From contig JAQGDQ010000375.1 of the NCBI GenBank assembly GCA_030141605.1, positions 163,773-227,772 on the forward strand: 64,000 bases of DNA, given 5' to 3'. The position numbers and the translations under genes are program-made. The first letter of the stretch is position 1; each line of letters opens with the position of its first letter. Below the pieces are notes generated by a model that was not told the DNA's origin, did not search any database, and saw only the letters and a program-made list of their open reading frames with translations. Origin of the DNA: Tubiluchus corallicola (Eukaryota; Animalia; Priapulida). Of this stretch, positions 16,047 to 28,594 are shown in pieces.

Positions 16047-16382
16047 TTATTGATCAATTAACCCGAGTAGTTTGCATACCTTATCATTAAATTTATTTGA
16101 GAGTGATTTCCGTGGAAAAACTATATCAAATACTTTCATTTTTAGGTCATCAGCTTCGCAAGCGGCCTTCAACTGTGCCAAATCCTTTTGTAAAACTTCC
16201 TCGCAATCGTTTAAGTCCAGCGCACAGAGCCCATTCTTTCGACTCTCTTCCCTCTTCCAGAACACGAAAGACGAAGTTATTGAGGCCTGGTGACCTCGAA
16301 CAGAGAGGTAACCCTCTATCAACGATAACAAACACGCACAGACGAGAAGAACTGGTATGGTTTTATGTTAACGACACTTCAT
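16047..16382 (-). pseudogene. Secreted peptide precursor-like gene with premature TAA at codon 5, nested antisense in the Dlish-like intron
   Basis: ttag acceptor at 16401, aaaATG at 16382. Reads MKCR*HKTIPVLLVCACLLSLIEG (signal-like), then YLSVRGHQASITSSFVFW, KR, and an acidic 4-Cys tail; continuous with track ORF 16047..16331. Confidence 0.55.
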
Positions 16383-16849
16383 TTTATACGGATTAAACAC
16401 CTAAATTCAATGAAATTGACACTATTATTTTTCACACAATAAGTCCTTTTACATGGTTTCTAACTGCAAAAGTACTTACTATTTCTTTTATCTCTAATAA
16501 TATTTATCCTTGGTAGGAGGATTATAGTTCAGATGTCCTTGGTACAAAACAAATGACTTGTAGCAATCCCTTCTTAATAGTTAATTAATTAGAGCAGTTT
16601 AATTAATTATATTTCTAAATTGATTCCAAACAAGTATTTATCTAACTGAATTGAGATCTGGTAGGCCGATTAGTTAGGATCTCCTTGTTCAAAACAAAAA
16701 ATTGTAGAAATCTCTACTTCGTTAACCATTAGAGCTGAGTAATAAGGAAAACTCAAAGCATCGAGGTACAACGGCATTGCTGAAAATAAATTTTACACCT
16801 ATAAAATAAAATGACGTAATTATTCTGTAACTTTTGATTAACGTTCAAC

Positions 16850-17100
16850 ATGATTCGTGCAACAAATTCAAACCGGTATAGTCTTAGATCAAATGATACC
16901 CACTTGCTTACAGTTGCTAGAGTGCGCTGTTCCACAATGGGTGACAGGTCATTTACTGTTACAGGACCTACTCCATGGAACAGCCTGCCTATCCACATCA
17001 GGACACTTTTGAGCACTAATGCCTTTAAAATACAGATTAAAACGAACTTGTTTAAAATAGCATACAGTCTTTGAAGAGATCAAATTATTTGTCGTTATAT
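16850..17100 (+). mobile_element. 5'-truncated L2/CR1-group LINE 3' end
   Basis: RYSLRS...GDRSFTVTGPTPWNSLPIHIR...FKIQIKTNLF is the typical C-terminus of L2-clade ORF2. Confidence 0.8.
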
Positions 17101-17464
17101 GCTCGTATTTTGTGAATCTGTGTGTTTTTATGTATTTACTTTATATAATTTTATGAAATTTCGAAGGATTACTGTTTAATCTTGTGAACCTTTTTAAGTC
17201 TGTCTTGATTATTTTAGATATCTTTGTTTAGATAACGTTTGCTCAAAAAAGTGAGTAGTAATTATTACGAAGAATCATCGTAAACTGCTTTTACTCCTTT
17301 AAAGAGATGCTGACTGTGTTTGTTTAGTAAAAAATTAGGAAAAAATGAGCATTAGGTTTAATCACCTGTCCTGGAGCGTAAAAGCCTACTGAATATTCAT
17401 AACTAAACGCGGACACAATTGTTTAAATAGCGTGGAATGTCACAACATACATTTACTATTGCAG

Positions 17465-17560
17465 GCTGTCAAATACGAGGAGCGAGCAATAGACGTGCCG
17501 GACGCCCTCTGCAATAGTAGCGTTGGTCAACTACCCGAGCACAATGTAAAGCAAGATAAG
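17465..17560 (+). CDS. Candidate internal exon of the Dlish-like gene (AVKYEERAIDVPDALCNSSVGQLPEHNVKQDK)
   Basis: tttactattgcag acceptor, AAG|GTAAGG donor, 96 nt phase 0-0, open and GC-richer than flanks. Confidence 0.55.
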
Positions 17561-17639
17561 GTAAGGTATCCGAAAATTTTCGATCTTGTTTTTGGAAAAA
17601 GACGATCGTATTGGTGCTGCAAAGGTTGTTATAGCATTG

Positions 17640-17850
17640 ATGGTTGTGGTGGTGTTGTGATGGTTGTGGTGGTGATAGTGTCGGTGGTAGTGGTGGTGGT
17701 TTTAGTGGTTGCAATCGACCACCAACATTAATGGTGATGGTGACGGCTGCGGCAGCGATAGTGGTGGTGTTGGTGATAGAGGTAACTCACGGTCCTGACA
17801 GTGGCAGGCAGTGGCCGTGGCAGCAGTGGTGGCGGTGGTGTGTAGTGGTT
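17640..17850. repeat. Degenerate (GGT)n low-complexity tract
   Basis: Directly visible; explains several spurious ORFs. Confidence 0.9.
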
Positions 17851-18577
17851 TAGCTATTTCTAATGATTTAAACTTTGCTCTCATTTGGTTAGCTGAATGT
17901 CTACACTGATAAAGGCGAATTTATTGTTTGGCATCATATTTACCGTATTTAGGTTAACGAAATGGCAAATGTTACGACGACAACGGTTGACAGAGGGCTC
18001 AGTCCTATCCATTGGGACTGTGCAGAAGAAAAAGAAAACACGACATTGCGAAAACCAAAACAGGTATAATTCCTTTAGTTAGAATTGCCCATATTGGGCA
18101 AATAAATGTAACTTCATCAAAATGTAATTTATTGTCGACCAGTTTGGAACAAACTGTCATTATCAAGGTATCTGAAACCAGAATTTAAGAACAGCATCGA
18201 AATACAATTCAGTAGTTAATAACCAAAAGATATATGATATAATGTTGTATAGACAATTTAACAATTTACTTTACATATTACATATCTTGATTGGTATGAA
18301 ACTATTTACTAGATATGTCGTTTCTAAATTATGATTATGAACAGTTACGTTCGAAGCCGGTCGGCAATAAATTCCACTCCTTTACTTATTAAACATTTTA
18401 AAATTCACTCAAATTATTTCATGAAGTGATTAAACGGTGAGTGAGTAATCTGTGTTATGCTATAGCTTAGTGTTTTTATAGAAATCTGAAAGCGCCTATT
18501 ATTGTGAAGTATAAAATAATAATTCTAAAAAAGCTTGAAGCTACATTTCGAAAGCAGGTACAAAGTTAAACAAAGAA

Positions 18578-19150
18578 ATAACCTCCTTATCAGAGACAAA
18601 ATTTTCGACCACTGCATATCGTAGGTATGGGTGCGGCATTCCACAAATGACTACTCGTCTGTCATGGGAGCGGAGCTTTCATGTGATACGCCTCAAAATA
18701 GGTGCCCCAAAAAGGCCTATAACCTCCTCATCACGAACATAATTTTCGACCACTGCATATCGTAGGTATGAGTCTGGCATTCCACAAATGACTACTCGTA
18801 TCGTAGGTATGAGTCCACAAATGACTACCCGTTTGCCATGGGAGCCGGGCTTTTAGGGGGTACAGCCCTAAATAGGTACCCCAAAAAAGGCCTATAATTT
18901 CTTCATCATAAACACGATTTTCGACCACTGTCTAACATACGCATGAGTATGACATTCCACAAATGACTACATATTTTTCGTGAGAGCAGGGCCTTCAGGC
19001 GATAAACCATTAAATAAATACCCCAAAAAGACCTCAAGCCTCATCAACACAAACATGATTTTCGACCACTGCATGTCGTAGGTATGAACCTGGTATTCCA
19101 CAGATGACTACCCATTTGGATGGAAGTGTGGCTTTCAGGGGTACACCCCA
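18578..19150 (+). repeat. Tandem array of about 4 diverged ~140-150 bp units
   Basis: Recurrent ttttcgaccactgcatatcgtaggtatg...cattccacaaatgactac near 18602, 18743, 18918 and 19058. Confidence 0.9.
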
Positions 19151-20544
19151 AATAGATTCCTTGTTACACAATTGTATCGTAGACCTGTGTACTACTGTGT
19201 AATACCGTTTAATAGTTAAGCGGATTATTTTGTTTCGGGTATTTTTGGAGTAGCCATCAGACATTGTAATATCACAAAGCTGTTCAAGCAAAATTAGTTT
19301 TCATTATTAGCAATTTGATAGTTATTCATTTATTTTACTGTAGAATTTATGCATATTACATTGCAAATATAATATGTAATATTAGGAGTATATAGTCATT
19401 ATGGACGTACACTTTGCTATATAGTTGGCACATTACAGTCCAACATTTAAAAAAAGCAGTGATTTACCCTACTACCACTAGTTACATAAAGTCCGTCCAC
19501 ACGCGAGAGTGCCTACTAAGAAATCTGTAAACACCAGAATAACAAGTCTAGAAAAACTTTTCTGTCCCTCAAATTGCCGCGTGCTTCTACTTTCACAAGA
19601 AAAACAGTCACTATTAAGACATGTAAACAATCAACATTATTTAGGATGTGGAACAGAATCTTTCTGATGTCAAGATTTATGTAGAAGCAGGCTTTCAAAG
19701 CTAAAACACTTGCGCTGTGATAAGCATTGCTTGAAATTTATTCTTTTACCGATTGCAATTATGCAGTTGCATTCATGAAATAAAGGAAAGCTTAATTCGC
19801 CCACTGAAACTTTTAGAAAAGTGCCGTGATATCCAAATAGCTTGTGCGTCTTTAGGCTATTCGTCAGATATTAGTGCTTGAACCATCAACACAATTAAGA
19901 AATTCGCTTGCCAAAGGTATGGTACAACTCCTAAGCAGTTAATGAAGCCAGAGTAATGAAGTTGTCAGCTGATTTCCAGGGGAAAGCCATTAAGTAAGAC
20001 AAAAAGAATGGATGAGGGTGCAATGTAGATCAGTACTGTTGCAAAAAAAATCGCGCGCACCAATTATATGTGGGTCGTTTGGAACAATGCCACAAGGGAA
20101 TCACCATGAATATCTTGTTAGTATTAATTCTACTAGTATTACTGCTACTACTAACAATAATATGATGATGACGATGATGTTCGGACGACATTTAACCTCT
20201 TTTGAAGTCAACTGTGATGAGAAGCTGTTATATCTGTTAAATCATTTTTAATAAGATAGCACATCCTAATTACACTACATTTTTTAGCGTAAACGCGGTA
20301 TAAAAATCATAAAACATTCACAGTGTTTACAGTAAAAAGAACCTTTTACTTTGTTAATTATCCCGTTGGAAGAATATTAGCTATTTTACAGAAAGGCTTG
20401 CACATGCAGTCTGCTGTTTCTCATCCTAAATAATGTTGATTGTTTACAAGTCCTGATAATAACTGGTTTTTCTGCAATGGTGAAAACATGTGGTATTGAA
20501 ATATAAATTACTATTAGTACATATAACAAAAGCACTGAAGGTTT

Positions 20545-20669
20545 TTATTTTGGGACGTATCCCTTGAAAGCCCTGCTCCCATGACAAACGTGTAGTCACT
20601 TGTGCAATGCCACACCCACGCCTACGATACGAAGTAGTCGAAAATCATGTTCCTGATAAGGAGGTTATT
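20545..20669 (-). repeat. Single inverted copy of the 18578-19150 repeat unit
   Basis: Reverse complement reads aataacctccttatcagg...ttttcgactacttcgtatcgtaggcgtgggtgtggcattgcacaagtgactac...catgggagc. Confidence 0.85.
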
Positions 20670-21069
20670 CGTGCGCTTGGACTAAAATAGTTCACATTTG
20701 TACAATCATTCTGTGGTCATAATGAGTGTGTCAGTAGAGAATTATGCAACCGAAAACCTGTTTAGTAAATGGATTGGTGATTACCGAGAAAATTGCCCCG
20801 TGGCGATTTCCTCTGCCATGATATCCTCGGCTATTTCTTGTAATCAACGAAGATATTAAACGTCAGATGTGACTAAGTCACCTCTGCCAGTTCACTTTCT
20901 GGCCTGTGGTTTGACTAGTTTTCGGAGCCAACACAACTGCTTACATTAAGTAGCCAATGAGCTTACGAAACATTTGTAAAATATTCTTTTGTATGTTAAA
21001 TTGTTCTAATACCGTTTTTTCCTAAACACTACTCGTTAAATGGGCGATTTATAATCTACTGTGTTATAG

Positions 21070-21186
21070 GACGCCGCTTTGCAAGTGAATACATCACTAG
21101 AATCTGGATTTCAAGAAATGTCCAAATCAACTCCGAATTTATCAGAGTTCAGAAATCCTATCACAACTGCTGAAGCCATTGAACAG
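21070..21186 (+). CDS. Internal exon of the Dlish-like gene (DAALQVNTSLESGFQEMSKSTPNLSEFRNPITTAEAIEQ)
   Basis: ttatag acceptor, CAG|GTAACG donor, phase 0-0, splices in frame to 23122. ITTAEAIEQ|VL resembles the Dlish pre-SH3 motif ITGSxSIETLV. Confidence 0.65.
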
Positions 21187-22284
21187 GTAACGATAATTAC
21201 TGTAGCTCAGTTTCTTGGTTATCAAGTTTGTGAAGAATGTAGAAACAATGCTTTAACCTAGATATTTTTTTAATTTGTAATTTGATTAAAGTTGGAATTC
21301 TATATGATCGAAGTCCGGAGATTTAGTAAAACATTTTCGCAGTCCTACATGTTATAAAGAAAATGGCAAAAGAAAGAAAAACGATTGCCATCCTACTTTG
21401 CCTGATGATGATTTAAAAGGCAAGTCCAAAATTTACAGCTATTGTCTTTTGGTTTTTTCATTAGCTAACACTAAATTACAGTTTATAAATAAAATTTATT
21501 TAATCGGAGTTACTTTTACATTATAGAGTAGTACATAACCTTTTGCCACGAGGGAACTAAAACAATAAACAGTAGTGCACACCATATTATAACATTAAAG
21601 TATTGCTGAAACAATAAATAATTTATAATACCCCCAATATTTAATGTGGAAGACTTGTGCTTGTCTCACCGCCTGAAATTTCTGGGGGGGGGGGGTTGAT
21701 TGAAGCAGCAACTGTCGAATTCAAGATTTTTTGTCGCGCTAGCTTCTCTTTTGAATGTTCATCAACAGCATGTTCTTGGATCATTTTAGCGTGTGCTGTA
21801 TCTTGCAGGATCATAGCTCCATGTGTAAAGCACACTTGAAATCTGGTGAATTTACAAACCATTTAGTTCGATTGAAGCGTTTTAAAATTGCTGCTCCGAG
21901 CATACAGCCAAGATTGTAAGCCTTCCGAGACATCCGAGGCTTCCACACCTAGTTCTGAAGGCAGACAAATTCTCAGTTGATTCACCTGTACTTCAATGTA
22001 ATAAATTGCCCTGAACTCCTGTTTCTCCCCTAGCATAAAAGTTGTATATTATATTATTTAAAATTAACATAAATATTAGGTTAAAATTTAATTTGAAGGA
22101 CAAGAAAAGGGGTATCTGAAGTAGGTTTCAGAAAAATCGCCTAGAAAAGTTATATTACTTTATAGCAATTTTATGCGTATATCGTATTCGCGTTGAAAGG
22201 ATTTTTTGCTTGTTTTCATTTTAAATGTCTCGCAATACTGGTCCGACCGCGCCATTACATGACGTCATAGACGTACAACGTAAA

Positions 22285-22490
22285 TCAGGAGAAGAAAAGG
22301 AATGCTAAGCTTTCCATGCAAAGTTATATTACTTAGCATTTCGCTTACCTGCTTGAAAGGCTTATGTAACTAGAAAAGAAAATTATTAATATCACCAATT
22401 GGTAAAATGTCGTTGACTCACCTCCAGTCAATGCAGTGTGCACCACTCACTAATCAAAAAACGTATTTCGAATCTTATTGAGAAGATAAC
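22285..22490 (+). repeat. Dispersed repeat, copy 1 (homologous to 57525-57800 on the opposite strand)
   Basis: Shared blocks: aggagaagaaaa, caaagttatat-acttagcatt, ctagaaaagaaaatt, tggtaaaatgtc, cagtgtgcaccact. Confidence 0.75.
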
Positions 22491-23121
22491 AAAAATTTAA
22501 AATTTTACTTAGTGACGAGTGTGCTACGAATGCTCTGGTTATTTTTTCAAACTTTGCTCAGTGTTATCTAAACTTGTTTCAAATTACTTTATCGTCAAAA
22601 TGGCTGCGTCTACCGGTCGTGGTGGGAGTTTAAATTTACATGTTTTATACAGCATTACTGCCGATGCAAGCTATGTATACAAAAAGGCAGTATGTAAGTG
22701 GTATAAAATTTCAAGACGAATTGTTTAAGTTTTATTTAAGTGGAGGTGTTTCTTGTGCTTTAAAATTAATTCATTTATTAAAACGAATTATTTAAAAAAT
22801 CACTTAAAATTAATATTAGGCTCTTATTCCTCACCACTCTTATTGCTGTCAATTTTAATTTAAATTCTGATATTTAGATACCTAAATAACATTGTAATGA
22901 ATAGTAAAAGTAACTATGAACGCCGTTTAGGTTCTGAGACTGTCTGTTGCAAACAAATTATTGTTTCTGTTGATACTTTCTTTAACTACTGGCTTTTGGA
23001 TTTATATCAGTTTTTATGTACAAGTTTTCATCATCCATATCAAAAACCTAAAGTTTTTAGAAGGACGCTACAATTATGGTGTATTACAAAATCGCTTGTC
23101 ATATTTTTGTTACATTTATAG

Positions 23122-25644
23122 GTTCTTGACAAGTGTAACAGTAACAGAGTGGCCAACATGCCACTTCTAGTAATGCAGACGTACACTCCATCCACGAACT
23201 GGAGCGCATCTGATGAAGTGGAAATCCATGAAGGAACGATCGTCAATGCTCTTTACAAACACAAGCAATGGATATACGTGAAAACACCGAGCAATACGGA
23301 AGGCTTTGTTCCGTATTCTCACACCATTCCCCTCAGTCTTGTTATGGGCAAAGAACAGAGTAGTATCAGTCAGTGTTTGTCACGTGGTGGCTTGCTCAGA
23401 GCTAGCCAGTTTCAGAGATGTCGCAAAAACTATTTTAACCAAGCGCGTTGTGGCTCATTTGACACAATTTATGAGCAGGATCCGACAGAACGTGTTCAGA
23501 ATTTGGCCACTTCAACTCCATATCCACAATCAGGACTAGATTCAATGCAACACAATAATCAAAATAACAAAAGCCATCTGGAAAACTTTGATGTGTTTCG
23601 AAAACCAGTCGGAAGAGCACCAAGAGCAGTAAGAAAAACCTCTTCTGCCAAATGCCTACCAACACAGACATCAATATTGCCGCCTCCTATAAATAGAAAA
23701 GTGACAATGAACGCCTCCTCTCCATCTCTACTGTCAACAGAACAATGTAAACTCAGGAAAGACGTCAGCACACTTTTAAATGGTAGCGGTTGTAGTGAAA
23801 TTTGGAACTCAACAATGAATCATGACTCGGTACTTTATGTAGACAATGATAAACTAGTGCTCAAGAACACAGATATTTTGGATGATTCTGGACCACCTAA
23901 ACCGCCCAGGACTTTGCCAGACAAAGCGTGTGCCTCAGATATTGAAATTAAGGAGCATAATACGTGTTGGGGTCAAAGATGCAAGTCTTTGCCAAGATAT
24001 GTCAGTGCCGACAATATCAATGATGTCGTGCACAGAGGCAAACTCAACAGCCTTGGTCAACCAAAAACTCTGTCTCCTTCTCAACCTCCACAGTTTACTC
24101 AATCTGCAAGTAACATAATGTATGATTGCTACAACTGGAGTGAAAACACTAAACCAATTAGCAGAAATGAGATTAAAAAGCAAAGGTGTGTGTCAGTTGC
24201 AAACCGCTTTACTCCCAACAGTGCACAGGCTGTGAAGGATCTTTCCTCAAAATTAGCAAACAGCTTTTTCCTTCAGGATGTTAAGCAGGAACATCAGTTT
24301 ACAGAGAAACTACCACCAAGACCGGTTTCTACCAAACATGTCCAAAAATGCTGTAACACCAAAATAGGAGATATCAGTTCAAAAATGTCTCGTTCCCTCC
24401 AAAGTCTTAACCAGCTTACCCAGTCAACTAGTAAAAGAGGGTCTGTGGAATCATTAGCAGTTGCTTCAATGGAGGTGAAACAGTTTGCTAAAAAATCAGA
24501 AAATAAAACTGGTGATAAACAATCTGCACTTTCACGTTCACCGGCAACGAAAACTAACGATGTTCAGATAAGCAATGATAGTACCTTATCTACCACATGC
24601 AGTTTTACTGACGTTAGCTACACTCTTCAAGACATCTCTGCCATTTTAAGTGAAGTGAGTAGTATTAGTGAGTCGCATAGCAAAAACAGTAGCAATAAAA
24701 CAAAAACTGTCCCAGTTAGTAATTCATCGTCATTAGTTTCTGAGAATGAAACCAATATTTCAAAAAAGAGCAGCCAAGGTTTTCAAAAGCAATTGCATTC
24801 TTCATCAACAAACAAAGAAAGTGACCGGCATTTAACGCTTTCTGATACGTTAATTAGCTCAAATGGCACGTTAGATTCCATGGTAAATGGATCAAACTCT
24901 AGAAGTCGGTCTAGTGGTTCTTTTAAAAAATCACGACAGATGTTGATATTTGATGACCAAATGGTTCCTGAGCTTGTACCACATAGATCGCAGTTGTGTG
25001 AGCCGAATTTGGAGACGGACATTCACAGGGTGGTGGGTCCTGATTCGCTTCTTGATGAAGAAGTTTTGGAACTAAATGCTAGTAACAGCTTTAGTCCACA
25101 CTTAGAAAGAGATCGTGCTGTTGATACTAGTTTAGAAGTTGCTGAAGACATTGTGGACAATTTGTATGTAGATGAAATCAACAGTCCTTGTTGGAAGGTT
25201 TTCGATATACCTTATACAAATGAGCAAAACAAAAGTAATCTTTCACAAGGCAAGATTGAAGTAGAAAATGTCCATAATTGCAACTCTCCGGCAAAGGTTA
25301 CTTTAAAAGAGACAAAGTTTTTACAATCAAGCGCTGACTCAAGTAAAGCAACCGAACAGCCCAAAATGTTCACAAAGTTAACCAACGGTCCGATGCTGAC
25401 GATTTTGTACGATTTTGCCGGTGAAGAAGAAGATGATTTAGTTGTGAAAAGGGGAGAAACCGTCCAATTGCTCAATAATGATGATCAGCAATGGTTCTGG
25501 GTTGCTAAACACACTGGGGCTAGAAAGGCAGAGGGTTTCATTCCGGCAAGCTATTGTATCGTAGCTAAAAATCAAACTGGTGCAGGGAAGAAAAGTATGC
25601 CAGGCGAGTTACCACGTGACACATCCATTCAAACGTACTTATAG
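23122..25644 (+). CDS. Large terminal exon of Dlish/Vamana-like adaptor: SH3, ~690 aa Ser-rich linker, SH3, C-terminal TYL
   Basis: tttatag acceptor at 23121 is in frame with the 831-aa ORF. SH3-1: DEVEIHEGTIVNALYKHKQWIYVKTPSNTEGFVP. SH3-2: LYDFAGEEEDDLVVKRGETVQLLNNDDQQWFWV...EGFIPASY. The SH3 calls are secure; Dlish orthology is inferred. Confidence 0.9.
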   Translation, partial: VLDKCNSNRVANMPLLVMQTYTPSTNWSASDEVEIHEGTIVNALYKHKQWIYVKTPSNTEGFVPYSHTIPLSLVMGKEQSSISQCLSRGGLLRASQFQRCRKNYFNQARCGSFDTIYEQDPTERVQNLATSTPYPQSGLDSMQHNNQNNKSHLENFDVFRKPVGRAPRAVRKTSSAKCLPTQTSILPPPINRKVTMNASSPSLLSTEQCKLRKDVSTLLNGSGCSEIWNSTMNHDSVLYVDNDKLVLKNTDILDDSGPPKPPRTLPDKACASDIEIKEHNTCWGQRCKSLPRYVSADNINDVVHRGKLNSLGQPKTLSPSQPPQFTQSASNIMYDCYNWSENTKPISRNEIKKQRCVSVANRFTPNSAQAVKDLSSKLANSFFLQDVKQEHQFTEKLPPRPVSTKHVQKCCNTKIGDISSKMSRSLQSLNQLTQSTSKRGSVESLAVASMEVKQFAKKSENKTGDKQSALSRSPATKTNDVQISNDSTLSTTCSFTDVSYTLQDISAILSEVSSISESHSKNSSNKTKTVPVSNSSSLVSENETNISKKSSQGFQKQLHSSSTNKESDRHLTLSDTLISSNGTLDSMVNGSNSRSRSSGSFKKSRQMLIFDDQMVPELVPHRSQLCEPNLETDIHRVVGPDSLLDEEVLELNASNSFSPHLERDRAVDTSLEVAEDIVDNLYVDEINSPCWKVFDIPYTNEQNKSNLSQGKIEVENVHNCNSPAKVTLKETKFLQSSADSSKATEQPKMFTKLTNGPMLTILYDFAGEEEDDLVVKRGETVQLLNNDDQQWFWVAKHTGARKAEGFIPASYCIVAKNQTGAGKKSMPGELPRDTSIQTYL

Positions 25645-26794
25645 ATTTTGCTGCTAGATTTATTGATTTTTATTTGTGAGAGATGTTTGTTCTGATGTGC
25701 TTCCTTAACGAATGAATAACCTTATTCTAATAAAATGATTTGTAGAAGCCAAGTTTATTTCGTCAATAACGAAAATTAAATCACAAAATAATATTAATTT
25801 TTTAACGAATTAATTAATAATAGCGAATGAATTTTTGCTATACTCGCTGAGAGGTTTTGTATCAGAAAATTTGTTACTATTGGGTTCCTTCTTCACATTT
25901 ATTTTGCGATATGTAAGATTTTCTGTGTTTTTCCCAATTACAAATACGACGTAAACCTATAATCATTTTGTTGCGAGCACAAAATAATAGACACCAACGT
26001 AAATAATTTGAGATAGTATTCCAATGTAAATAATTATGTCCTTTGTAATAGTGAAATTAAATTAATTTATTGGAAGTTAATTTAGTAATAATTCAGTTCG
26101 ATATTATTATTGATTAATAATTTTATATTTGTACATAAACATAGAACAATAAATCGTAGTTAGTTTTTCAAAGTTCATTGTTATTGCGTGAGACTTCGAT
26201 GGCGGTGTTGTTGTTTTTTTGCTGCTGGGTCACAATCTGATAAGTCTTCTTCCGTTGGATGGCGCAGGTGGTATATTCATGGATCATGTACGCATACAAC
26301 TATGTAACAGCCATTGCCGTCTTACCGGAGAGGTGAAAAGCGTGTCCACTGTCAAGAATTATAATGTCACTAGCTGTTAACTGCCCAGAAACTGCTAAAA
26401 CATGCAAATGAAATACTGATATATTTGTTTTATTACTATAATTTTTTCCACATTTTACCAACTAGTTTTTAAAATTTCTGAAAAGCTAATTTCTGTGAAA
26501 TGAGGGCATTTCTACTGGCACTTACTGTCAGCCCTCATAGTTATGCTGTAGTAACTGCAAAAACAACATGAGTATTCTGTTGTTTTTCCTAAAAAATCAT
26601 ACATCCTAGTAGTAACGCACAAAACTGGTGATTTATTTGCGAAAATTCCTGATACTTCCAGACTATCTGGGCGAAAACCGTTAGTGTGACTGATGTGTAC
26701 TTTAGTTTTGTCATAATGTACAATGTGGAACATATATATATGGGAGGAATTGGTGCTTTGATTGAGTAAACTGGAGAGCTTGGGCGCAGATATA

Positions 26795-27288
26795 CTAAGT
26801 ATTGTTTTGCATGGGTGGAAAGAAACTACCAGCCATAGACTTTGTGGCCATCACCATTAAACTACGCATTTTAATCTTCAGTGGTTTATCGAGTACTGCT
26901 TTCAACATTAAGCAAGCAGTAACCCACATGAGAAGAGAAATAATAATGGCGACTATACAACCAGCTGTGTCTCGAGCATATTTGTTTGACTCAGTTTTTA
27001 GTTCCTGTTGTGCACCAAGGTCAATTTTATCCGCCATCGTTCTCAGCAACTTTAGGTAGCGATCCATAAAGCCTGTCCACTTGTTTGCTTGAGGCAGATT
27101 TGGAAGGGCTGCTCTGTTTTCTACCGGTAACTTTTCCATGCGGACAAGGTTTTTATAATGGTTTGAATCCAAGTATTTAAAGTATAAGTCGTCCGTGTCG
27201 CTGGTGATTTCTGTTAGAGCACTCACGTAGGCTGCACCTAGAGTGTCACTTCTCACGTAGAGACTGTGCTGGTCTGGGGGTAAAATAC
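26795..27288 (-). CDS. NIT-domain membrane protein A, exon 2 (rest of NIT, TM2, short tail, TAG)
   Basis: tttttcag acceptor at 27289; phase 1 join gives YFAKG|ILPP; TM GCIVAIIISLLMWVTACLML; spliced product 373 aa. Confidence 0.85.
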
Positions 27289-28594
27289 CTGAAAAATTAA
27301 CGAAAATGCTGACATCAGTAATTATTGTATACCTATACCTACTTATACAAGAAATAAATGACAAAATGTGCAAGTGACTTTAAAACGGGACCACACCAAC
27401 AGCATCATTCTTATGAAAATAATGGTTTTTGGTGAAGGAACGCTATACTCAAGTAATCAACCACAAGTTATGAACTATAACACGAGGAAGTACATCAAAG
27501 CAGAACAGAACATCTGAGTTACTTATTTCCAGCCGTGGGACAGCATCTAGCTAAAAATTAGCTTCTAATATTCTTTAGTTTACTGACAGGCGCGCTGCAT
27601 ACGTTTTGTTGTAATGATAATGAAGAGCAAGAAGGCGTCTCTCAAATTGCAAACTTCTTTACTTAGGTCACCGAGTGGTACAGCGGGGCTTCATATGATA
27701 AGCGCTGACGCTAAGACTGGTAACATTGCAGATATAACTGATCTATTGCAAAAAATACGAGATCCAGAGATACACTAACTACATTGCTAAGTCTAACACA
27801 GGCTTACTAACTGACATTTACTAAATAACTATGTTAACAGTCTAACACAGGCTTACTAACTGACTCACTGATTAGCTTTTATAATGTTGCCCGGGTAAAG
27901 GTTTCTTATTCTTGCAAAAACAGCGCGTTCTGTCAGTATCAAAACTAAATTCCAAGTTTTACATTTCATGTAACTTACGTAGTCCTGACGAAAAGCTCTA
28001 TTGTATAAATAACTAAAGCAAAAAGCTTGTATTTTCAGAGAAGCATTAGTGTGGCACATTCGGTTAGAAAAGCAGGTCGGTAGCACATGTTATTGAGTTT
28101 CGTTATAGTAACACGTTATGCTATGAGCATTTTGTTTTGCTAAATCAGAATTTAAAGCGTATTTAATGAAACCATTGCTAGTTTTTTTAAACTGTTAAAT
28201 ATATACACTGAAAACGCAAAAGAAGCATGCGCCGAGCAATAGATGTTATCTATACCTTAGTGCCTGGGGCAAATAAATTCTTCTGCGAATAGCAGTTTGA
28301 AAATGGAGTCGAGCAGCCTTTCTGCGACCTTCACTACTTAGCAATTCTGCCTGGGGAGCTAACTCCGTTGATTTAACCGGTTTATTTTAATCTCGTTAAA
28401 TGTCGTAGTTGCAACCAGTCTCAACAGAATGTGTCAAGTGAACAACTCAAAATCAAAGTAGAAACTGTTAATCAAAGCTTTCTATGGATCTTGAACAGTA
28501 AAGTGGGAGTTTTAACTTAAATCGGGAAAACGGTGACTTATTCAACTAAATTTCATTAGATAATATGACCAGGTTTATAAGACATTATACCTAC

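Noticed and set aside
21570-22448. Possible hAT-type MITE bounded by cagtagtgcacac / gtgtgcaccact
   Set aside because: No 8-bp TSD, and homology with the 57.5-kb copy continues past the supposed terminus.
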